From Podarcis melisellensis (lineage: Eukaryota), in NCBI GenBank assembly GCA_964234715.1, contig OZ174281.1: a stretch of DNA of 64,000 nt; one strand, written 5' to 3'. Every line of letters begins with the position of its first letter. Position 1 is the first letter of the stretch. The translations under genes were made by a program, and so were the position numbers. Below are positions 13,401 to 27,765 of this stretch, piece after piece. Below the pieces are notes generated by a model. It saw only the letters and a list, made by a program, of their open reading frames with translations, searched no databases and was not told the origin of the DNA.

Positions 13401-14368
13401 ATTATTACTCCCCTTACTGAATGGAAAACCATACATGATCACTGCACCTTTGCTTGGGGAAAAAGGCACAGTTGAGTTATATTAATGTACTTCTAGTTTA
13501 TGAATTGGAAATGTTTTTTCATGATTCTTTATTGTGTTTGTGTGGGTTTTTAAAAAAAAAATCTGATTGAAATATTTACATTTTAGTATTGTACTGGCCT
13601 ATGACTAAACGCTGATCAACTTTTTCAATTTCGTTTTGGACCTCTGGGGTTAGTCTTTCTTTGGCTACCCAGTTTGAAAGTTCATCTGGTGAAAGATATT
13701 TTATTTTCTAAAATGTCTGAAGTTGTTTCCTACAGCTGATTCCAGCCAGCCTGTGAGCAAGCATCAACACTACTCCCTTTAAAAATAAGTCTAAATTGGC
13801 ATCTCAGTTAGCCGCTGGTCCTTAAAATGAGTCATTCTGATTTCTCTTCCTTCCCTAGGCAGTAGTCTTACATATAGAGGACAACTTTCTCAGGCAACGT
13901 GAAGTTAGAACAGAACGCAGGACAAAATGTATCTGAGCAAGCCCATTTAGAGCATTTACAGTTTCAGTCTGCAGTTAGTGGTGGACAACTTCAGCGTCTC
14001 ATTTTTCTAATCTTAAGCTCAGTTTGCCCCATTTCCACACCAGTTTGTGATTTTCTTTCTAAAGCCAACACTAAAAATGTGCATTTTTGTTCACAATTCT
14101 ACCTCGTATACATATTTTGCAGCAATTCCCCCCATATATTATGCATTTCCCCCACCTTTTTCTTAATAATGTTGTGCCTATTTTTTTATTGGTGCTGCCC
14201 ATGCAATAGATGAGAGAAAATGCAATCTGGAATATTGTTGGTGTAATATCTATATTTCCAGCCACTCATATCTGCTCTTCCTTTATTCATTATTATTTTC
14301 ATTATTACTATTACTAATGATGTAAAACCACAACCACAATTTCTCCCTTTTTATGCTTTGGTTCACAG

Positions 14369-14461
14369 GGAAGGTCTGTTTCTTTAACAACCTTTTACCG
14401 AACAGCAAGAAACATCATGAACATGTGCTTCAGCAAAGAGCCTACGGCAGCTGAAATAGAG
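14369..14461 (+). CDS. JARID2: JARID2 exon 9 equivalent
   Basis: cacag|GGA; [31 protein letters not shown]; GAG|gtgagg; 93 nt, phase 0-0. Confidence 0.95.
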
Positions 14462-14749
14462 GTGAGGGTTCCGTAAATGCAGGGTAGTTCATTCAACTAG
14501 CCACTAGAAGATGATTCCCCCCCCCCCCCGTACACACAAGAGATCCAAACCATTCACAAACGTTCATTTGCCTGGGTGATGTAACATGAGAACTCAGCAG
14601 CCCTGTAACAATTCCCATGATTACAGCAGGTGTGTGTTGTGTTGTGTCGTGTCGTGTCGTGGTGGGGAATTGCTGCTGGGATCCAAGAAGTCAAGGAAGA
14701 AAAAGAGGGCAGCTGCAAGAAGCACACAGAAATGCAGATTTTAAAACGG

Positions 14750-14840
14750 AATTGTGAAACAGTTTATTAGAAAGAAGAACAAGGCTTGCTGAGGAAGAAT
14801 CAGCATGGCTTCTGCCAAAGAAAGTCCTACCTCAAGAACA
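14750..14840 (+). mobile_element. Short CR1 LINE RT fragment
   Basis: ...gaatcagcatggcttctgccaaagaaagtcctacctca resembles the CR1 'NQHGFxKGKSCLTN' segment. Confidence 0.5.
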
Positions 14841-15333
14841 TCAAACGTATAGTCCAAATGCTTCACTGCACTATCTTACCTCATATGTGAACCAGCACTT
14901 TATTCCAAAGGCTTTCTTTTTCATGCGAGGAATAACCATCCTTGGGCACCTGCCAACCCACCACATAAACCAGGCTATCCTAGATACAGCCATTGGTTCA
15001 GTGGCAACAGTTCATAGTATATCCTTAGCAGAAGTTATGCTGGTTGACACAAAGGTATTTTATAAACCATTGCCCCTTTGGAGGACCACGTACTCTCTGA
15101 ATGGACCAAGCAGCAATTTCTAAATGGGTAGTAATATCATTTTTAATAATGCAAGCATTGACACTTATCAGGGCTTAGTAATAACACCAGCTAAGAAATT
15201 ATTATTTGTCGGAAGAGCTATACCAAGCTTGCTTTTGGTGTATTTTGAAATATCAGGCGCCCAGTTTCCAAGGAATGAGAATTTGCCTAGATTAAACTCA
15301 GGGAGATGGAACTGCACTCTCCTCTAATCTTAA

Positions 15334-15477
<144 letters not shown>

Positions 15478-17243
15478 TAATGGGAGTTCCGAGACATGTT
15501 TCCTGTAGTCCATAGAGCACTGGCTCCTCTTAATTTGTTTACTAAGTTGCAGATTTCATCACCATTATTGGGTATAATGTTGTTTCATGCTCAGTGTATT
15601 TGTAGCTGCTTGTGCTACCCCGCTCCAGTTAGCAGCAAAACAGCCAGCTGCAGAATAAAGGTTGTTACTGATAGGTAAGGTGGGGGGTGGACTTTGGCTG
15701 CTAGAATTATGGCTCATTCCAGGTCCAACACGTTTTGGAAAATTCCTTCCTTGGGGGCATATGAGCAGCGTACATTGGAAAAGGGCTAGCAAGGACAAAA
15801 TATATCATTGAAAACTGCCCCAAAGCACCTTCAGCCTTACCAATCATGCTTTTTGACAGCTTTCCATTTTTAGGGGTTGTCTCATTGGTAGAAAGTCTGG
15901 TTTTAATGTCGTTTTGCTAGATACGTTTGCATTAATATATACGTTGATACATTTTTCAGCTTTTCTGTATTCTCTTTTGCAGAATGCACCTTGATAGCTA
16001 TTATTCATTTAATGTGAGATTATGAAATTTTGTGTTTTATTACGTATTGTGTTTTATCATATTCTGTAATTATTATCCCCTTTCCTAGTTATGCTGTTCA
16101 TATATTTATAGTGTCCCCAGAAGGAAGAGTTTTGTGAAATGGTCATGGCTGGAGTAATCCAGAAATGTAGCACTGGGTGTTTCCCTCCCTCTTTTTGCAC
16201 CCTCTGCATTAGCACAAAGGATTTCTAAAACTGTACAATTGCACATTCATTACACCTTTTGCATTTCTTTTTAAGTTCCAAGGGTGAGGATCTTCATAAG
16301 GGGTCAGGCAGTTGCTACAGGATCCTACCATTCCTCCTTTAACTTTTCCGTCCAGTTCCAGTTAGTTGCTTGAAGGAGCCAGAGCATTAACATTTTCCCA
16401 ACCAACCGGTTCAGCATAAGCATCTTAATGGGTTGTGTGAATGCTGCAACCTCTTATTTGGTGGGCAAGGACTTTTTCTGAATCCACACGATGCCTTCTT
16501 TATGCTGTGCACCCAGATGCATGTACGTTTCCCTTAATGTTCACCTTGTCTGTTTCTGAGGGAGCAAGTTAATGACAATGCGTTTAATGAATTAACCACA
16601 ACTTAGTTTGGATGGAAACAGATGGCTAGGAACCATACAGTAGCTGCTAAAATGTGTCAGCTATGATCCCATGGAAAGACGGTCATCAGTCCCTGCCACA
16701 CTTCTTCCCACATAGCTATAAAGGTTTCATTGGATTGGGAGCCAGTCAATTACTGGGTTTTTTGTTTGCTTGCTTTTGCAAGGCACCTAATTGAAACAAT
16801 AACATGGTGTATCTTTGTGAAGCAGCAAAAAAGAAAAAAGAAAAATAAGTAGTTTAATGTTTTCACCGTTTCAATTTATTAATCGTGTTTATAAAATTAC
16901 ATCAATAAATTTAAACAAGAAGTCTCAAGTTCTTGTCAGTCACCAGTACCTTTGCAAGTTTAGCCAGAACACAAAGGCGAGAGCAAGTGTATTGAACAAC
17001 TGTGTCTAGAATGCTGCTTACACATTTGTTAACATAAAGGAAAGAGCTAGAAATTTCATTTTTAAGCAGAATTTTACTTTTAAAACAAAATCTGGAATTG
17101 CAGCAAAGAGGCCTACAGCATTCCTCCTTTGGCTGCAGTCCTACACAACAATGCAGAACCCCTAGCAAGTAGGTAAATAAAACAATGACTAATGTGACAT
17201 TTGATGTTTTCTTATCACAATGTGCACCACTTAATTTGAACAG

Positions 17244-17314
17244 GCATGGGTGGAACCTAACAGTCCTTCCTAATAACACAGGATCCATCCTGCGACATCT
17301 TGGTGCTGTGCCTG
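17244..17314 (+). CDS. JARID2: JARID2 exon 11 equivalent (JmjC start)
   Basis: aacag|G; (R)[23 protein letters not shown]; G|gtaagt. Confidence 0.96.
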
Positions 17315-18439
17315 GTAAGTCCATTTATATTCTCCATGTTTAAGAGACATACTCTGTTGTGGAATTCACACAGAGTGTTGAATAAATCATGTTTTTGCCA
17401 CCTCCCTGGAGCCGAGCATCTCTACCTGCTGTTTAAAAATGAATTAATATTCAGTAAGCTTCCCATCATGGTGGCATTTATAATCCTGTTTGTGTCTCTG
17501 CTGCCCATTGACCCCTCAATCTGTTCAGCACAGATGGACACACTTCTATCCTAGAGAGCCTGAGAAAGGTGTGTTTTGTATCTTAACAAGCCAAACGTAG
17601 CAGTTAAGCTCTGTGTCTTGTATTACTGCATTTTTTAAAAAGGAAAGAAAGAAAGGTGAGAGAGAGACGGAGGGGTACGCATGTAGTGCAGACCATCTCT
17701 ACCTTGGGCCATTTACTTCTCCCAGTTGTTCATCATTATTCACTAGGCTCATGATAATGTTTTAGTGTCAATATGGTGAGCGATCAGCACATGTAACTTC
17801 ATTATTTGCAGTCTCCAGGGAGCAGTGCTGTGCCAATAAATTTGCAGAAATTCCTCTGGTTCTTCATTAAGGCTCTTCAGTGATTTCTACCTGATAATGG
17901 CTGGGGGTTAGATAATCATTTTACAAAGAGCTGAAAGTGACTGCTGTTGCTCACTCATTTCTTGTAAACTCCCCCCCCCCATGATGTCTGGACAAACTGG
18001 TCTGGCAGGATTTTGAAGCATTTTTACATTTTACCTATAAATAGAGATGATAATGAGATACCTATGCTTACCTGCACCATTTTCAACTTTCTGGGGGGAA
18101 ATGTTTTCTGGCTGCAACCAGTGTTCATGAGCCACACTTGTCCAAGCAATTCCCCATTTAGAGCTTGCCCATGTTAATACAAGTGTGCACCCAGAATATT
18201 TGCAGAAAGCAAAATTTATATGCATGTGTGATCGGCAGCATAGTGATGCCGTGAAAAAATAGGAGCTTGGGTGAAAAAATGTATCCGAATAATCAGATGA
18301 AAGACATCTCTTTTGTTAACTATGTAATCTTATTTCTGGTAGAAATCAAAAGATTTAAATTTTCAAGTATCAGCACAAATTACATGTGTGGTTTTCAACA
18401 TACCTTTCCCCTATTAATTGTGTTTTGCTTCTGATCTAA

Positions 18440-18565
<126 letters not shown>

Positions 18566-18886
18566 TAAGTGAATCCCAAGTGAACCTCTTTGCTCTTCTG
18601 CACTGTTGCTTTCAGGAAGTTGCACGTCAGCTTCTATGGTAATCCTGATGCAGTGTCTTACTCTTACTGCCTCAACACCATCGCAGTTCATGGCACCCCA
18701 ACCTGCCCAACTACAACCTTCTTCTATAAATATTGTTTTCCTAAAGATTCTAAAACTCTAAAAAGCCAGAAAATACCAAGTTATGCAGAAAAAGATCAAG
18801 TTGACCCTTGTTCAGCACACGCAACCTAGAAATGTGGCAAAAAATCCATTTGGTGAAAATGCCGTGCAAATAAGCCTCCAAAGTTA

Positions 18887-19239
18887 GGTAAAGGTAAAGG
18901 AACCCCTGACCATTAGATCCAGTCGTGGCCGACTCTGGGGTTGCGGCGCTCATCTTGCTTTACTGGCTGAGGGAGCCAGCGTACAGCTTCCGGGTCATGT
19001 GGCCAGCATGACTAAGTCGCTTCTGGCGAACCAGAGCAGCGCACGGAAACGCTGTTTACCTTCCGGCCGGAGCGGTACCTATTTATCTACTTGCACTTTG
19101 ATGTGCTTTCGAACTGCTAGGTTGGCAGGAGCAGGGACCGAGCAATGGGAGCTCACCCCGTCGCAGGGATTCGAACCGTCGACCTTCTGATCGGCAAGTC
19201 CTAGGCTCTGTGGTTTAACCCACAGCGCCACCCGCGTCC
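18887..19239 (-). mobile_element. Full-length Sauria SINE with target-site duplication
   Basis: On -: tRNA-like head with A box (TGGCGCTGTGG) and B box (GGTTCGAATCC), and an (ACCTTT)n tail; perfect direct repeat CCTCCAAAGTTA at 18875-18886 and 19238-19249. Confidence 0.92.
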
Positions 19240-20550
19240 TCCAAAGTTACTAGGCCGTAAAAAATATTTCCAGCATGCACGCCCTATATGTAATCTCTTG
19301 GATCCAAAAATCCTGTTCAAAGAGTAGAATGTGTTCTCTCGTACTTGGGTAAGGAGGCACCAATCCTGCCCTCCTCCATCTTCTTCCCCTCTGCCAAACT
19401 GGCTTGAGAAGATCAAGAACACCCTAAAGAGCTTTTCAGAGGGTTAAGAGGGGTTCCAGATGCAGTGCAGATTTGTAACATGTGGTATTCCTTATGTGAG
19501 AGGCAGCATTCTTCTGTTGTACCATAAAAACTTACACCTAACTTTTCTAGCCTAAATGGAAAATAAACGTGTTTGGGGGGGAAACCTCCTGTCTCATCAC
19601 TAGGAGGCAGTTCTTTTTCCCCATAGGCAAGGGAGGGAGTGGTAGTTTGTACAAGCCTCAGCTTTAAGATGTACTTCATACATACATTATCTCAGTAATT
19701 ACAAGGATGTTGTATTATTGCTGCAGTGATACAGTTGGAAGGCTGAGTGTGGCTTGCCCAAGTGCGAAGTGCATTCAGGGACGACATGAGATTTGAACCA
19801 GGGGCTACCCAGCTAATGGCTCTTGCCAGCTCAAATAAAAGAGTTTCAAATGTCCTCTGGAAAAAGTCCAAAATGTTGCACAGCTTCAGGAGAGCAGAGG
19901 CCTGCAGTTTGGAGTGGCCACGAAGAGTACTCCTGAATGTGTCTTTGCTATTCAGACATGGTTTACAGATATTTGTCAAAAAGGAGCCTTTGATATTGGG
20001 GCCCCACCACACATTTATCTTTTAGGTTTACATTGGGGGTTTTTTAGCATACCCTTGCAAGTTGGTCATACAAATGATAAAATCCAGTCTTTGGAAATGT
20101 GTGCCACGCAGGTATTCTCTTCCAAAGAGCCAGGATCAGCTACAAATCCCTATCTGTTCTTGGGTGCTTCAGCAGCATGCCCAAGTTTGCTGACTTGGGA
20201 TGTGTGGGACAGCCCTTATTGGTGGTTATGGGATGTTAAAAAGCAGTCAGGTTTCAGCGTTGGTTGTAGTTTCATTAGGTGAGAGCTTCAAAATATTGTG
20301 AGTTCAAACACGGTTCTATTTCTCCTTTTCCTCACCCCCAATATTTGAGAGAAATGGAGTCAGATACATGTAGAGATGGCAAATCCTTTAATGCTCCAAT
20401 CTTTGATAAAATATTCAGTGGTTGTAGCGTCACAATTATTCCTTGCTGTGTTATTTTGAAGTTTGATCTTGTTTTCAAATTTGCAAACTCTTAGTATATT
20501 TTGCACAATCTGCTGCTGCATTCAGGTCCAGGCTTCCTATATGTACCTGA

Positions 20551-20614
20551 GAACAGGCTGCTGGACCAGAGGGGCCTTTGGTCTGATCCAGCAGGGCTCT
20601 TTGTATGTTCTCAT
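20551..20614 (+). mobile_element. CR1-type 3' tail fragment
   Basis: acaggctgctggaccagaggggcctttggtctgatccagcagggctctttgtatgttctcatg resembles the CR1 3'-end stem-loop and tail. Confidence 0.5.
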
Positions 20615-20700
20615 GTTGCTCTCAGCTTTGGTGATGTCAATTTTGGCAGCATGGAATAAATACTCCCTTTGTTTCCCCCTTCTGTGTCAAAAATGAACAG

Positions 20701-20806
20701 GTATTGCATTCCTGCTGCAGAGGAGAAAAAACTTGACAAAGTGGTACACACCCTGCTGCAAGCCAATGGCACTCCAGGGCTGGAAATGCTTGAAAGTAAC
20801 GTCATG
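20701..20806 (+). CDS. JARID2: JARID2 exon 13 equivalent (JmjC)
   Basis: aacag|G; [35 protein letters not shown]; ATG|gtgagt. Confidence 0.96.
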
Positions 20807-21477
20807 GTGAGTTGCTTTATGGTTTGTTACTAGGCAGTTTCTTTCGTGGTGTCATGAACAGCAATACATTTTATTGTGTAAGCCAGGGGTAGATTTCCTT
20901 TCTAGATCCAAGGGCCAAACCTTGGTTAACCATCAGGGAACTGCGTGCCCCTGGTAGATGTCCACACACACTCCTTTCCTGCTGCCAAACGCACAAGGGC
21001 AAACACAGGCACACAGCTCCCCCTCAACTGACCTATGGGTATTAAGGGTGGAGATGGAGGATTATTGTCCAGCTTTGGGGGTTTTTCTTACTGCTGTCAC
21101 TGCTAAAATTGGTAGGAGCTTCCAGCCAGAGTGGAAGCTCAGATTTATTGTTTAAGCAATACTTAGAGGGACTGATGTGGATTCATATGTTCTTAAAGGG
21201 AACCCAGTCCTATATGACACAAGGAGACATGTCTCCCCACCCCAAGGCTCCTTGGTCCTGCTGAGGTTTGTTTCCCTTTAAGCCAAGCTTAAGAGTTGGT
21301 TGGTTTTACGTAGTTGGCAGCAGAAGGATCTGCTCTGGGGTTTGTTTCTGTAGAAGCATTTAGAGATTCAATATGACTTTTGCATGTTCTCCATGGCAAG
21401 TAGTAAGAGCTAAGTAAATGGAGATGCCAAGAAAGCCACCCGCTCTAGATTTCCCCTGCTTCTTTCTCTCTCCCTAG

Positions 21478-21723
<246 letters not shown>

Positions 21724-22291
21724 TAGTGCTGCTTGATGCATTCATTAAAACATTTGGGATATGGGTGGGGTTTTTTCATACATAAAGCATCTAGACTTTG
21801 CCTTTTACCACTCAGAACTTGGGAAATCTCCATTTCAATGAAGGCTGCATGGACTGTGTCACATATAACCATTCATAGGACATGTCCTGACTCAACTGTG
21901 ATGTGCATCAGTAACTCCTTTTATGTATGACTCGTTGGTTGAATTTGTTGCTAGGACAGCAGCAACAGTGCCTACTAGTACCAGTTGGGTTGTGTTTTGC
22001 AGGGGAAAGTCTTGGGGAGGTGAGTTGCACTTTGCATTTACTTGTACTTGTGCCCAGGGCTTGACTGAGAAGTTAAGGGCCGGCAGGAATTGCACACTGA
22101 CACCTGAAGGGCCAATATGAAGTGACTGAGAAGAGATTGCTCAGGAAAATTTTGTGTTTCACACATACACTCTTTTGGTCAGGAAATCTTTGTCCCCAAG
22201 GATGATGCGTTAATGGGGTATGTTCATTTTTCTTTGCAAAACGAGTTATTTCATTGTATGTGTACTAACACTCTGGAATTTGTCGACGCAG

Positions 22292-22422
22292 GAGATGAAG
22301 CAACGACGTATACCCAAGCCATTTTCAATGGAAAAGCTGCTCTATCAGATCGCAACAGCAGAAGCAAAGAAAGAAAATGGGTCTTCTCTTACTACAATAT
22401 CGGCACTTCTAGGAGAGCTCAG
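22292..22422 (+). CDS. JARID2: JARID2 exon 15 equivalent
   Basis: cgcag|GAG; [43 protein letters not shown]; AG|gtagct. Confidence 0.95.
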
Positions 22423-23589
22423 GTAGCTAGAGTCTCTTTTGTTTTATCCTACTTGCTTCCAGAGTAGCTCTCGCGGAAAGTATAGAGAGTGTTGTGAGAC
22501 GTCCAAGAGCATTGCTGGCAGCTGCTGAGCCAGCCAACCTGCTTGAACACTGCCACACATGGGAGAATAAACTTCCATGGATGGTTTGCTGTCAAAGCAC
22601 TAGAGGACAGAGCAAAGTGCTCCATACTACTAGCATTAGGTGATGACTTTTTTCTCACCAAACAAATGAATCCATGTTTCCCAGTGTGCCTAATAATGTC
22701 AAGAGTTTTAAAATCACTGGCTAAGCCAGGAGTTCCTGTGCTTTCGGAAGCAGACAGTGTAATCTGTCTGTAGCATGAGGACAGCTACACACCTTTTCTA
22801 AAGACACTGAAAGACCTGTTTTTAAATGCTCCCCAGCCCCTGTCCAAGGCAGGTTTGAAAAGCAGGGAAAGCTGCCATGTTTCATATGTAATGCTGTTCT
22901 CTTTTATTCTCCTACTATGTAGCACTGCTACCCACAACAAGTGTGAGACAGTCTGGGTAGTGCTGGTCGGTAACACCTCGAATAGATCAAGAGAAAATCT
23001 GATGGCTGGAATCTACAAATTGTATTTAACAAGATTACTGTGTTAATGTGCAAAGAATGGTTAGAGTCTTCTCCACTATATGTCTGCCCTCTAAGTGGAA
23101 GACTTTTGAGGCTCTGCATGGAGCTTCTTCCTTTTTGGAGAGTTGATACGCACTTTTCCCTTTAACAAAGGAAAATTTACAAATATCGAAAGAGCTGGTA
23201 TTTTTACATCCATCCATCCAAGTGGTTCTCAAGCTTGTTCACATTTAGGTTGCTTCTTTTAAGAGGGAGATCTTCCAAAGGATATTTCTCCTTCTAAAGC
23301 CTGATCTTTGCTGCTGGAATAACTATGTTTTTTAACTGCAAATGTCAGCCTACTCTTTCTATTTTTCCTTTGCTTGATATGTGGTACCACCTTTTCCTTT
23401 CCTGAGCTCAGTTCTCATTTACTCACTGCTTTGGTACATGATGTTCCATCTCTCTTCCTGTCTGCTCAATGTTTTGCTCAGTTCCCTTTTAAGTGTCATA
23501 GCAAGTCAAGTCTTGCCAACTGAAGGAGGGCCTACCGTAGGACAATGTTTTTGTCCCACTTCTATCTCCTCCTGTTTCCCTCCTTGGCT

Positions 23590-23972
23590 ATTGGGTATGT
23601 TTAGCCTGGAGAGAAGATTGTTAAGGAGAGACATGGCAGCAGTCTTCAAATTTCTGAAGGGCTGTCATATGGAAGATGAAGAAGGCTTGTTCTCTGCTGT
23701 ATCAGAGGGCAGGACTAGAACCAGTGTGTGGAAATGGTGGTGCAACAGATTTGGGCTAAACATTGGAAGAAACTTTCTAATGTGTAGAGCTGTTCAACAA
23801 AGGAAGAGACTGTTTTGGTAGGTGACGGGCTCTCCTTCACTGAAAGTTTCTAAGCAGAGGCTAGATAGCCATCTGTCAGGGATTCTGGAGTTGCATCCTG
23901 GATTGTTGATCCTGCATTGAGCAGGGTGTTAGACGAGATGACGTTCCAAGTCCCTTCCAACTCAATAATTCT
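23590..23972 (+). mobile_element. CR1 LINE 3' end (5'-truncated)
   Basis: LGMFSLERRLLRRDMAAVFKFLKGCH...GLFS...RTR...RFGLNIGRNFL is a typical CR1 ORF2 C-terminus; it is followed by a CR1 3'UTR ending gtcccttccaactc. Confidence 0.88.
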
Positions 23973-24285
23973 TTTTTTTCTACAGCGAGTGGGGCTGCTT
24001 AAAATGGTGCTTGGTCTCCATAGGTAGTAATATCTCCTGGCAAATCACTTGGCAGCCATGTTTGCCAAATAATTTGATCTGGCCCAAGGTTTTTCTGTAT
24101 CAGATTCTCTGTGTGGAAAACTCCCAATTTGTATACAGTGGTCAGACAAAACCTTAGATGGGATTTAGCCCATCATAGCATGGCAATTGTTATTAAAATC
24201 TCAGGCCTACATTGAAATGTTGCCTGCTGCTTCATGGCGTTCCTGTGAGAGGTTGCTGTTTTCTAATTATTCCTCATGTCCACAG

Positions 24286-24469
24286 GGAGACAGAGCTGAG
24301 GCAGCGGCGGCAGCTGTATGAGGCAGGCCTCCATTCGTCAGCTCGCTATGGGAGCCATGATAGCAGCAGCAGTTCGGGAGTGGATGGGAAGAAAAAGCCT
24401 CGAAAGTGGCAGCTAGAGACGTCTGAGAGGAGGTGTCAGATTTGCCAGCACCTGTGTTACCTATCTATG
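24286..24469 (+). CDS. JARID2: JARID2 exon 16 equivalent (start of C5HC2 zinc finger)
   Basis: cacag|G; [25 protein letters not shown]...[18 protein letters not shown]; ATG|gtatgg. Confidence 0.96.
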
Positions 24470-26276
24470 GTATGGAAAATCCCCAGAAGCTGGGAGTTCT
24501 CACTATGTTCTCTCCCCGCCCCCCGCAAAAAACAAAATCTCAATTACTGCAGTGCTAAAAGGCCAAAATGCATTTGGCCAAAGCAGTGTATGTATTTCAA
24601 TAAAATATAGGTTGAAATCTCTTGTGAAGCACTGCTGTGTAGGAGACTCAGGATAGTTGAAGGTTAAGGAACATTAGTGTTAGTGCTTTTTAAGCAATAT
24701 TGGACTGAAACATAAAACAGGAGAACTAAAAGCTTGATGATTTGTTTTGAAATTTTTATTGTCATTTCATAGTTTTCAAATCTTATTCTGACGCCTGTCA
24801 AGGAACTTGACATGCTCTAGAGAATTTCTGATATGTTCTAGGATGTACCATTCAGTTCAAGTGAGGCCAGCTGTGCTTCATATCATCAGTTCAAAGAGGA
24901 CAACAACTGATGTACAAAATATTCCAGATTCTCCAGCAGTTTGCACATTGCACTGGATGATTGACAGTGGTGGGCAGGGGCTCTGCCAGAGAAGATTCTC
25001 TGGTATTTTCTCATGGGAGAACTCCAGAATTACCTGGAACACCATTTGAAAATTGCTATTGTACTACAGTATGTCAGTTGTAAGCAGAAGCTGGTGATTT
25101 TTCACTTAAAAGAATGTGTGCCTCACTTCAGCTGTCTTCAGATATTCACTTTGGGGCCTGCAGGAACCTGCGGCTTACCTCCACTCCCTCATGAGATCAC
25201 GCATGCCGGCAATATTCCAAATCCAACATGCAGTATGCTGAGTCTGAAGGAGGCCACTTCCACCCCATGTAGGAAGTCCTCTGCACAATGAAGGTGTCTT
25301 CCATCTGATTCAGTCAATCACAAGTCAAATCAAGAGTCATGTCATTGAGGGGGAGGAGCTAGAGCCACACTTTCCACAGGCCCCTTCGCATATTCAGAAT
25401 AAGGGAAGAGGGTTTTCTGGTTTTCAAGATTTGTCAAGGAGGTAGTTCAAACGGTTCAGTAAAAGGGAGCCTATTACTAGAAGAACTTTAGTAATAAACT
25501 ATAAGACTTCTCATTGCAGACTAGCAAGAGGTTGCAGAAAATAGCGCATAAATAGTGAATAAAGCTCTCTTTAGAATTTAGTACCAAAATAATTGGCTTA
25601 TGGGACTAATAAATTAAAATCATGACTGAAAATGCATTTTCCTGACACAGTATAAAAGCTTTTCTGTCATTTCAAGCCCAAGGTAGCACTAGTGCATATA
25701 TGAAGGCCACTTTTGAATGTCAGCGTGGGATAAGCCATTTATGTAGAATTACTCATTTACAAATAGAGTGGTTTTTCTGCACACCACTGCAAACTACCAA
25801 TACATTTTGAAAAGGTCTGCAGTGGCAGAGAAAAAATGTGCCATCAGTGAACCATGCCACATACCCATCTCACCAGATGGTAGCATCTGCCACATGAGCA
25901 GGCCTTGATGTTTACATCATTCCTTAGCCTCTATGGAAGAAAAAGTTCACCTTGGCTCAGTTTTGCTTGGAAGAGCTTAAGAATTGCAAAGTTTAGTTTC
26001 TAATTCTGTTGCTTATTGGGATTTGATTCTAAATAGGTGTGTCCATAAACACTATCAAAGTGATTGAACATATATCAATTAACGGTCTCACCATGATTAT
26101 TACATTTGCCACACCAACAGTAATAATGAGTGGTTTCTACGTTTGAATTTTAAAAGTGAATTCACCCACAGGCTTAACAAACAGGGATCTCAGTTGTGTG
26201 AGACTTCCAGGTTAAGCTTCAATGTAGAGTCAGGCTGTTCAGGAAATACTGATCTGTGAGTTATTAATGCTCTTGA

Positions 26277-26429
<153 letters not shown>

Positions 26430-26566
26430 TAGGTTGGAAAAGTTCGCATTTTTGAAAATTATAATTTGATCTTACAAATAATTTCAGCTATATAGGAAAC
26501 CTGCTTTGGAGTTTCAATTTTATGGGCAGTTTATTCTTGCATTTAAAAGGCGTCCTTAAACATGTA

Positions 26567-27107
26567 CCGTATTTTTCGCCCCATAGGACGCACCTAGTTT
26601 TATGGGGGGTGGAAATAAAGAAAAAAATTATTTAGGCCCGGGGCTGGCGCGAGGGAAGCCCGAGCTTCCCCCGACCCCAGCCCTCAGAACAGCCTGCTAT
26701 CCGCAAGCCTAGGAGCCGCACCGTCTCCCCAGGCTTGCAGAGAGCTCTGTGAAGCCCGAGCTCGCTCTGCAGCGCGCCCCAGGCTTCAGAATGCAGGCAG
26801 CTCTGCGCGACCCTTCGGAGACCGGCTCGGCTTCACGACGGGCTCCGTAGGGTCGTGCAGAGCTGAGCGACGCCCGGGAGCACAGGCAGCTCTGTGCGAC
26901 CCTTTGGAGCCCGTGCGTCTTCGAGCCAGTCTCCCAAGGGTTGCGCAGAGCTTCCTGAAGCCTGGAGAGCGAGAGGGGTCGGTGCGCACCAACCCCTCTC
27001 GCTCTCCAGGCTTCAGCGAAAGCCTGTATTCGCCCCATAGGACGCACACACATTTCCCCTTCATTTTTGGAGGGGGAAAAGTGCATCCTATAGGGCGAAA
27101 AATACGG
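26567..27107 (+). mobile_element. Tc2/pogo-like non-autonomous DNA transposon, copy 2
   Basis: TA TSD; TIR CCGTATTTTTCGCCCCATAGGACGCAC; same 3' palindrome and end as copy 1. Confidence 0.9.
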
Positions 27108-27588
27108 TAGTTTTTGTCCTGTATTCCATCATTATATGAAGACTAGTAGGTATGTAGAAATTTCAATAACGTGGTCTGAAATAGTTATAAATAGCTCCTT
27201 TTTTAAAAAAGCAAAGTAAATGTTAACCATAGACACAAGGTTTAAGTGAGGACTTTTTGTAATTAGCAGAATGCAAATAATCTGTGGTTCAGCATATATG
27301 AATGAGCTCTGGGTTCATGTGTTCTCCCTTATTTCTAATTTAGATTAGTTTGAACAGCATGTCAAATTGCGATTAAACAGGTGGGTTGTTTTTTTAAAAA
27401 GCCAAACTTCATAAAGCACTGATTCAACAAGTTAGTTAGTTAAACAGAATTCTTCTATTCCTCACAGTTGTGCTGGACGATGTGAGAGGAGTGTTATATC
27501 TAGTGCATGGCCATTGTTGGAGCTTATTTGCCACATTCTCTTAAGGCTTCTGCTATCTAAACTCATTTTTCTTTTCCTTCTGAAATAG

Positions 27589-27765
<177 letters not shown>

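Noticed and set aside
19150-19239. tRNA gene (A and B boxes, GGTTCGAATCC on -)
   Set aside because: It is the tRNA-derived head of a Sauria SINE, continuous with the SINE body and flanked by a TSD.
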